Program-made: the position numbers and the translations under genes
Shown: piece by piece, positions 11,640 to 18,303 of the stretch
Layout: every line of letters starts with the position of its first letter
Numbering within the stretch: position 1 is the stretch's first letter
The notes under the pieces: generated by a model
What the model saw: the letters and a program-made list of their open reading frames with translations, nothing else
The model's database searches: none
Told to the model about the DNA's origin: nothing
Assembly: GCA_024626585.2 (NCBI GenBank)
Contig: JANKJI020000004.1
Span: 161,954,210-161,972,512 of the forward strand
Direction of reading: 5' to 3'
Length of the DNA stretch: 18,303 bases
DNA from: Ginkgo biloba
Lineage: Eukaryota > Plantae > Ginkgophyta

Positions 11640-12140
11640 TTATTCTCCAAATGCAATCCTACAACACAAAGAATTGACTGATTGTTATTGATACGGTATT
11701 CGCCAACAATGTTAGGGTGTCCTGCCACTAATGCCACAGCCCAACGAAAATTTGAAGAAACATAAGTTTACTAATATAGAGTTTTAGCGTGTTATCAACG
11801 GAGAAGCTAGAGACATTGATAGAGTGAGGAAGAAAAACACGAGTGTGATTCCATAGATTCTTTTTTTCTTCGTATTGGCTCCTAGCAATCCCAAAAAATA
11901 GGCAACCTGCAAATGTTCTACATAAAGTAACTATAATCACCCACTACAGAGTTGGCATAAGCCATAACAAACCATCAAGTCCAAGCTAATAGTCTTCCAA
12001 ATAGATTAGAAACAAGAGAAATACAAATTAATTCATAGGCATATATGAAAAAAATCTGTGCCCAAATTTCCAATTATAATGAAACAATACTAATGAGTTT
12101 TGTCTACCATTTCTCAAACATACGAGGACTTCAAAATTAT
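11640..12140 (-). pseudogene. PHT1: PHT1-family (MFS) inorganic phosphate transporter pseudogene, N-terminal fragment with several frameshifts and stops
   Basis: Colinear minus-strand peptides across frames match PHT1: VDKTH*YCFIIIGNLGTDFF ([21 protein letters not shown]); AYEL/ICISLVSNLFGRL (AYDLFCISLVTKLLGRI); VTLCRTFAGCLFFG (VALCGTLAGQLFFG); LLGANTKKKRIYGITL (WLGDKLGRKKVYGITL); LCFFKFSLGCGISG at 11724-11765 (LCFFRFWLGFGIGG); GHPNIVGEY (DYPLSATIMSEY). Confidence 0.88.
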
Positions 12141-12243
12141 TGTTTTAAATTCTCCACTGTCTCAAATAACAAATAGACTTATAAATTTCAATGAGATCAA
12201 TATTGTTAATTTTCAGGACCACAAATAACCTTATAAATTTCAG

Positions 12244-12628
12244 GATTTATCCTTAAGGTATGTTTTCCATAGTAATTTATTAACATTTACATTGGATTGA
12301 GAAGATAGAAAATAAGCAAAATTTTTAACACAAATTCTTAACCATAGTGAAAACATAAAGAAAAATTTGGTTCCCTTCCCTCCAATGACCATATTTTTTT
12401 TTTTGTGCACTTTTTACTAGCCATGTCCATGTAGATTTATTCATTAAGTTATATTTTCCATAGTAATATAATAACATTTACATTGGATTGAGACGATAGA
12501 AAACAAACAAAATTTTTAACACAAATTCTTAACCATAGTGAAAACATAAACAAAAATTTTGTTCTCTTCCCACCAATGACCATAATTTTTTTTGTGCATT
12601 TGTTACAAGCCATGTTCATGTAGATTTA
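12244..12628. repeat. ~190-bp tandem duplication, 2 copies, high identity
   Basis: Copies start at ~12244 and ~12434 and share long identical blocks, such as caaaatttttaacacaaattcttaaccatagtgaaaacataaa and taacatttacattggattgaga. Confidence 0.95.
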
Positions 12629-12916
12629 GTTACTTCTTAGTCACATGATCTTAACACAAAAAATTCCTCAATAGTTTGTTATTAAAAGCCATCTTATTAG
12701 TTCATCCCTTTACAATCCATTGCAATCTACGCCAAAAAGAAAATAACACCCTTTTAAAACTTCCAAGTGTCTTATCACCAAAAAATAGAAATCTAATTCT
12801 CTTCACTCTTCAAATCTTGATAATATGAGACATTATACATTGTGGGTGGCATCAAAATCTACATTGTCCACATGCAATTACTATATTTATTCTAACAATT
12901 ATTTGCCACAAGTTTT

Positions 12917-12941
12917 TGTGTGTGTGTGTGTGTGCGTGTGT
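12917..12941. repeat. (TG)n microsatellite
   Basis: tgtgtgtgtgtgtgtgtgcgtgtgt. Confidence 0.95.
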
Positions 12942-13127
12942 CATAGATACATCATATCTGACAAAACCATGATGAGAGTGAAGTAGTACTACTACTTTNN
13001 NNNNNNNNNNNNNNNNNNNNNNNNNNNNNNNNNNNNNNNNNNNNNNNNNNNNNNNNNNNNNNNNNNNNNNNNNNNNNNNNNNNNNNNNNNNNNNNNNNTT
13101 CGAGTGTTTAACACCAATTCTATTGGC

Positions 13128-13191
13128 TTGGTGGCATTTTGAGAAATCAAGCTTATTTGTTTTGTGGCATTTTGAAACATCAAGTTTATTT
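13128..13191. repeat. 33-bp tandem repeat, 2 copies
   Basis: gtggcattttgagaaatcaagcttattt (13131) versus gtggcattttgaaacatcaagtttattt (13164). Confidence 0.85.
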
Positions 13192-13382
13192 TCCTAGGGT
13201 TTTAAGCAGTAGTATGGTCACGCATATTGTCCATTAAATTGTGTAAAAATGGTCTTGCAAATCACTTTGACCAAAATTAATCCTAAATATATAATTTTAA
13301 GGGCTCCAACAATGGTTACATAGATCTTGATGTGACTAGGGATAAACTCTGAATTACTCCAAAATTAAAATATTTGATTTAT

Positions 13383-14833
13383 ATTAGTATATTCAAGAGA
13401 ATATTCTTGTTTTAATTTTTCTTTCATCCTAAAAAATTTTATCTTTTCCTTTTTCTTACAATTTTGTGTTGTACATTTGTGAACATGTGCATCATTCCAA
13501 AGTCAATCACATATGTGAACCTTGACATCAATTCACATGTAGAGTGGATAGTATGTCAATTGGACATGAGGAATAAAATATAAGAATTGAATGGCCTTGT
13601 GGATTTGTTGTATTTATTTAGCTCTTTCTCCAAAAGCTTGTCATCATCATCATTTATTGGACTGCTAGTTGAGTATCTTCTCTTTCTTAGCCAGGATGGA
13701 GAGGCCACCTTGGGTTTGGTCATATCTAATTCTAATTTCATATTTTTAGTTTCACCATTTAGTGATTTTGTATTTATAGTTAGAGTATAATTAGAGAAAG
13801 AGTTACAATGACTGGACAAGGGGGAATATGAATTAAAATTGATAGATATTGGGCAATGTCTTAATGATCTAATAGAGGAGTATGAAATATATCCAATAAA
13901 CCCACTTTTGAGCTTGGTTCTTATCAAATAGCGTTGCGTCTCCTTCCAACTTTTACTACTCCTTCATTTATTGCATTTGATCGTTGTTGCCTCCATATTT
14001 ATATTTAATCCTTTCAATCTTTGAATACTCTTATCCCCACCCAAGTCATCCCCATTATCTATGGGTTTTGGTAGGAAAACCATTATCTCATCATTTCCAT
14101 ATAAGTTGCCTATTTACATTTTCTTCATTACATAATTTCTATATGGATTTTGGATATCAAGTTATACAGTTAATTCTTGTGATTGTTGCAACCAATTATC
14201 AATTATTTTTTTATCAGCATTATACCTATGTCCACATGATTATTACCCACTACTATTATATGTTACCACTGATCCATTTTCATCATCATAATTACTACTT
14301 TTACCCACATGATCAATTTGATTACTTTTGGTAATATACTTACTAACGGTACCATTTCCATTCTCATTACACTCATTTATAGCAAGTACACCTAATGGAG
14401 CATCATATTTTTTATGATCTATTAATTTATCTCTTTTATCACCCATGTCATCTCTCTTGCCACTTTTATAATTAATATTTATTTTTCTATATTCATCACC
14501 GCAGGACTATATATTACCTCTATTATCAATGTAGACTCCTTCCTCATCATAATTAAGTTTATCACATTGTCATTTTGTAGTATTCTAGATTCTTGTAATA
14601 TTCCTTCATTATAAGTGCATGTAGAGCTTAAACATAACGTGTATTATTCATCAACACTTATNNNNNNNNNNNNNNNNNNNNNNNNNNNNNNNNNNNNNNN
14701 NNNNNNNNNNNNNNNNNNNNNNNNNNNNNNNNNNNNNNNNNNNNNNNNNNNNNNNNNNNNNTCATCAACGCAGTAACCTTCCCTGATAAGAGTATGCTCG
14801 CCTTCCTCATCATCTCTACTAGTACTCTAGCTA
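13383..14833 (-). pseudogene. Decayed 3' continuation of the 282-aa ORF: acidic repeat copies, RKRR motif and a C-terminal HMG-box-like domain
   Basis: One frame runs from ~14570 to ~13440 with only isolated TAA/TAG/TGA stops; ORFs 14243..14446 and 13556..13927 are in this same frame. It contains WLRKRR and KSTRPFNSYILFLMSN*HTIHS (HMG helix 1 pattern). In a shifted frame follows KEKIKFFRMKEKLKQEYSLEYTN (HMG helix 3 pattern). Confidence 0.55.
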
Positions 14834-15682
14834 TTACAATATTCCTTTATTATAAATGCATGCAAATCTTGCACTTAGTATGTCTTCTTCATCAACACTT
14901 ACTAATGGACCATTTTCATGTTCTATTTGAGTATCAACTCTATCATTAATATTAGAAGTATTGTTTTCCATTTGATATTCCACATAATTTCCATCCTTCC
15001 CTTGATGATCATCGCCATAAGCTGCAATATTTCCATCCTTGGGTAAATAGTCATCATCTATTTTTTCTACAGTAACCAAACGGTAGTGCATATCGCCCTC
15101 TTTAATGGAGAGGCCAGATGCATTTTGCCCCTCAGCTACTGCTGCGTCGTAATGATCTTGATGATCAGCTGCAATCATAATCCTGCGCCCACAAGCCTTC
15201 TCCTCACCTTTAATCCCATCTCCAATATATATTCCAATATTTAATTCTTCATCTTCCATATGAGGTGGCGAGGTGGAGTTCAGTTGCTGCTCTAACGCGG
15301 ACGGGGAACTGACAGTATCGACAGCAGTTGAAGGCAGGTTAGAGTCGTCGTCGATATCGTCAGACAAGGGAGAGGGTATGAATTTGGATGACGTGGAAAC
15401 TCGCTGACGTGTCGACAACGGGGCCGGAGAAGGAGTTTTAGCGTAGTCCATGTTCAAGTCACCGTGGATGTGGTAACTTCCGGCGTCCCCCTCGAAGTGA
15501 AGTTTGCCGTCTCCTACAAAGCCATCGATGTGCATGTCCAGAAACTGGTTATTGACATTGATTTTAGCGTCTACGTGGAGACCCGTCGGTGCTGCCAGCG
15601 AAGCACCCGTCGGATTCGAAACTACATGTGGGACAATGGCTCCACATGAACTTGTGCCTTCGGTGGATGGATCATTTTCCAT
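14834..15682 (-). CDS. Hypothetical 282-aa protein (N-terminal G/H/D-rich beta-like segment, S/P-rich linker, acidic repeat region); probably the truncated product of a longer ancestral gene
   Basis: This is the longest ORF in the window and has a true ATG start. It is markedly GC- and CpG-richer than the surroundings and has an upstream TATA-like motif. I do not recognise the family. Confidence 0.6.
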   Translation of the reverse strand: MENDPSTEGTSSCGAIVPHVVSNPTGASLAAPTGLHVDAKINVNNQFLDMHIDGFVGDGKLHFEGDAGSYHIHGDLNMDYAKTPSPAPLSTRQRVSTSSKFIPSPLSDDIDDDSNLPSTAVDTVSSPSALEQQLNSTSPPHMEDEELNIGIYIGDGIKGEEKACGRRIMIAADHQDHYDAAVAEGQNASGLSIKEGDMHYRLVTVEKIDDDYLPKDGNIAAYGDDHQGKDGNYVEYQMENNTSNINDRVDTQIEHENGPLVSVDEEDILSARFACIYNKGIL

Positions 15683-15918
15683 TTCTTATGGCTGAGGGAT
15701 AAATCCCACTCAGAGCGGTCACAAAGTGATATTGAAGAAAAAGGGTTACAAGGTTTGGACTTGGTATTTGAGTTAATGGTACAGAAGCATGGGGTAACAT
15801 GAACGTATTTGATGGGTTTGAAGGGAAGGGCCACTATGCTTTAAAGCGGTGCATCTTGTGCGACCATATACCGTTTCTCTTGGTAACTCCAAAAAGAATC
15901 GACATTAGACTAGGTTAG

Positions 15919-15930
15919 TTATTTATATAT
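15919..15930 (-). promoter_or_regulatory. TATA-like box upstream of the 282-aa ORF
   Basis: Minus-strand ATATATAAATAA about 240 bp upstream of the ATG, with a pyrimidine-rich leader-like stretch (cccttcccttcaaaccc) in between. Confidence 0.4.
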
Positions 15931-16250
15931 CCGATTTTGTTTGGGGCTTAAAATACCCCTTTTTTTTTTTTTTTGTTTTATTTTATTTTAATTTAAAAAA
16001 ATTGATGTTTAATAATGACATGACCTTATTTAATAACAATGTGCCTTGTGAAGCATTCTTTGGAAGTGATGTTTATCAATTAAAATGTTGGCATTATTTT
16101 ATATTTGAGCTCTCTATTTCCTATAGTGTGGAGAATATGTCTTGAAGGTGNNNNNNNNNNNNNNNNNNNNNNNNNNNNNNNNNNNNNNNNNNNNNNNNNN
16201 NNNNNNNNNNNNNNNNNNNNNNNNNNNNNNNNNNNNNNNNNNNNNNNNNN

Positions 16251-18303
16251 ACATAGATGTATTTGAGCCTCCTAAATGCCTTCCACCTAAGAGGGATATC
16301 TCCTACATTATTGATTTTACACCCAATGATCCACTTCTAAATGGTATATTATATCATAGATTGGTCTTGGAGAATAAAAAAATAAAGAATTCACTTGAGG
16401 GACTATTAAATAATGGCCATATAAAGTGTAAAATCTCACCATATGGATCACAATCCTTCCAGTTCAAAATAAAAATAGATCTTAGAGGACGTGCATTGAT
16501 TTCTAAGCCATTAATAAAATAACTATAAAAAATTGGTATCCATTATCCTAGATTAATGACCTTATGGATTATCTGTAGGGATCCCAATTATTTATAAAAA
16601 TTGACCTCAATTATGGATATTATAAAGTTCACATAAAGGAAGAAGACACGTAGAATACAACCTTTAAAATTAGGTAAGGGTTATATGAATGGTTAATCAT
16701 GCATTTTAGGCTAACTAATACCCCTACCACTTTCATGTGGTTGATGAATAAGATTCTTCAACCTTTTTTGATGTATTTGTGATTTTGTACTTAGATAATA
16801 TTCTTATTTTTAGTCACATGTGGGAGGAACACCTTGAGAATTTTTAAAGGTTCCTTCAAAATTTGTGAGAGCATCAATTACAAGAAAACGTGGAGAAATG
16901 ATATTTTTTCATGCGTAATATTTTCTATTTAGGATTTATTATTTATGAAAGTGGATTTAGTGTCAAACTCTCTAAGAGTTATATCCTAAGGAATTGATCG
17001 ACACCCACTAATATTCATGAGATTTGTAGTTTCCTTAGTTTGGAAAAAATATATAGGAAGTTTGTGAGGGATTTTTCATAGATTACATCACCTTTGAATT
17101 TATTCACAGAGGCAAAGTAAGCCTTCTTTGAGGGTTAACAACAATAATATGCCTTCATCCTTCTCAAGGAAAAAATCATAAATGCATCAATTATGGCTAT
17201 GAAAAACCTTTATCTACCATTTAAGATAGAGGCCAATGCATCAAATCATAGCATTAAGGAAATAATTATATTGATGGGAAAAATAGGATTCCTTGAGGAT
17301 TTTTTATCTCAAGGATAGATATTTACATAAACTAAGATTACTTTGGGTACTTAGTAGTATCTCTCAAATTCAATTGATTCGATAACCTCATCACTCTAAA
17401 GTTATTGGGAACTTTGGAGTTCAATACCTTGGCCAATATGTAGTGTTATTTTTATTGGCCAAGAATGCATGTTTATGTAGAGTTCCACATATGTACTTGC
17501 TCACTTTATTGTATAGCCTTCTTCTTGAAAGCTTGAAAAGTATTAGCTGCTTTTGGTTCATGGTCGACCATGGACATCTATCTTCATACACATTTTAGAA
17601 GTATTACATCTCACCTAGCACAATCTTCACTATATCTTTATAATCATTGATAGATTTGGCAAGATGGCCATTTTTCCAGAAGCCCATTTCAACACCATAA
17701 GTGGCAAAGTTGTTCTTCACACATATTTGGGTTCATTATGGTTTACCTTCTTCCATTATTTTAGACCAAGATAGCATATTTCTTAGTCATTTTTGGACTA
17801 CTCTTTAAGGGATAATGGACATCAAACTTCAAAGGTTGACTTCTTTTCATCCATAGAATGTTGGGAAGATAGAGGTTGTTAACCACACATTAGTTCATGC
17901 TCTTCATATTTACAACCATAGTCACCCCAAGACTTGGGATAAGTCCCTTATTTATATCCAACATAATTAGAATAAAGATCTTCATCTCTTTATCGATGTA
18001 TCTTCTTTTGGGGTGTGCTTAGGATTTTGACCCAAGGCGCCCATTAATTTGCACATTTCTTCTTTGCCACCTTCTTCTTCATCATCATCCAAGCATAAAG
18101 CCCAATCACAAGATTTTCATTTTGTTGAACATATTCAATGGGTGCATAAGCAAGTGAATGAGGATTTGACAAGGTATCAAGATAAATATAAAGGAGTTAG
18201 TGACAATAATCAAGAAGATCATAGTTTTTAGGTTGGGGATAGAGTTTGACTCTATCTACTTAAGGACAAATTTAAGGAGGACCAAAAGATCAAATCGCTT
18301 CCA
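16251..18303 (+). mobile_element. Degenerate chromovirus (CRM-like) Ty3/Gypsy pol: RT, truncated RNase H and integrase, running off the window
   Basis: Translation gives DVFEPPKCLPPKRDI...SPYGS; KNWYPLS*INDLMDYL; KIDLNYGYYKVHI; [22 protein letters not shown]; YLDNILIFS at 16788 (YLDD to YLDN); FKIEANAS (RNase H ETDAS); HHSKVIGNFG...YFYWP (integrase Zn region); DRFGKMA, HYGLPSSIILDQDSIFLSHFW, FHP*NVGKIEVVN and F*VGDRV*L. The order RT-RH-INT indicates Gypsy. Confidence 0.95.

Noticed and set aside
13387-13406. Two P1BS-like GNATATNC motifs (GTATATTC, GAATATTC) upstream of the PHT1 relic
   Set aside because: The motif is expected several times by chance in AT-rich DNA of this length. These copies lie >1.2 kb away across an N-gap and inside the HMG-like segment.
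13984-14334. Plus-strand ORFs 13587..13790, 13984..14334, 15464..15649 and 15504..15695
   Set aside because: These are antisense shadows of the minus-strand coding frame.
13294-15955. Possible degenerate TIRs around the orphan gene (attttaagggctccaa versus the reverse complement of ttggggcttaaaat)
   Set aside because: The match is short, gapped and AT-rich, with no TSD and no extension.
15960-15994. Poly-T tract as a retrocopy poly(A) tail
   Set aside because: On the minus strand it lies 5' of the ORF, which is the wrong end for that gene, and no recognisable retroelement or TSD adjoins it.
875-16522. ORFs containing X runs and other 60-120-aa ORFs over TE relics
   Set aside because: They are artefacts of N-gaps or alternative frames of decayed retroelements; most lack ATG starts.

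Overview
An AT-rich, CpG-depleted eukaryotic scaffold window broken by 13 N-gaps. It is very probably from a large plant genome; the retroelement peptides resemble gymnosperm/conifer families (my inference). Most of it is decayed retroelements: an LTR plus PBS end (1-789), a LINE RT fragment (~900-1640, minus), a Ty3/Gypsy gag (2934-3700, minus), a Tat/Ogre-type protease-to-RT segment (4925-6600, minus), a Tat/Ogre-type integrase tail (8350-8715, plus), a chromovirus-type gag-end/protease (9101-9960, minus) and a chromovirus-type RT-RNaseH-integrase (16251-18303, plus). Two non-TE-looking loci sit between these. One is a heavily frameshifted PHT1 phosphate-transporter pseudogene fragment (~11640-12140, minus) that the ORF track misses. 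The other is a CpG-rich 282-aa ORF (14834-15682, minus) with an upstream TATA-like motif. That ORF appears to be the intact 5' third of a ~2.3-kb reading frame encoding an acidic repeat region, a basic RKRR motif and a decayed C-terminal HMG-box-like domain. Several small tandem, dispersed and inverted repeats are also present. All homology calls are by eye from manual translation; no searches were run.
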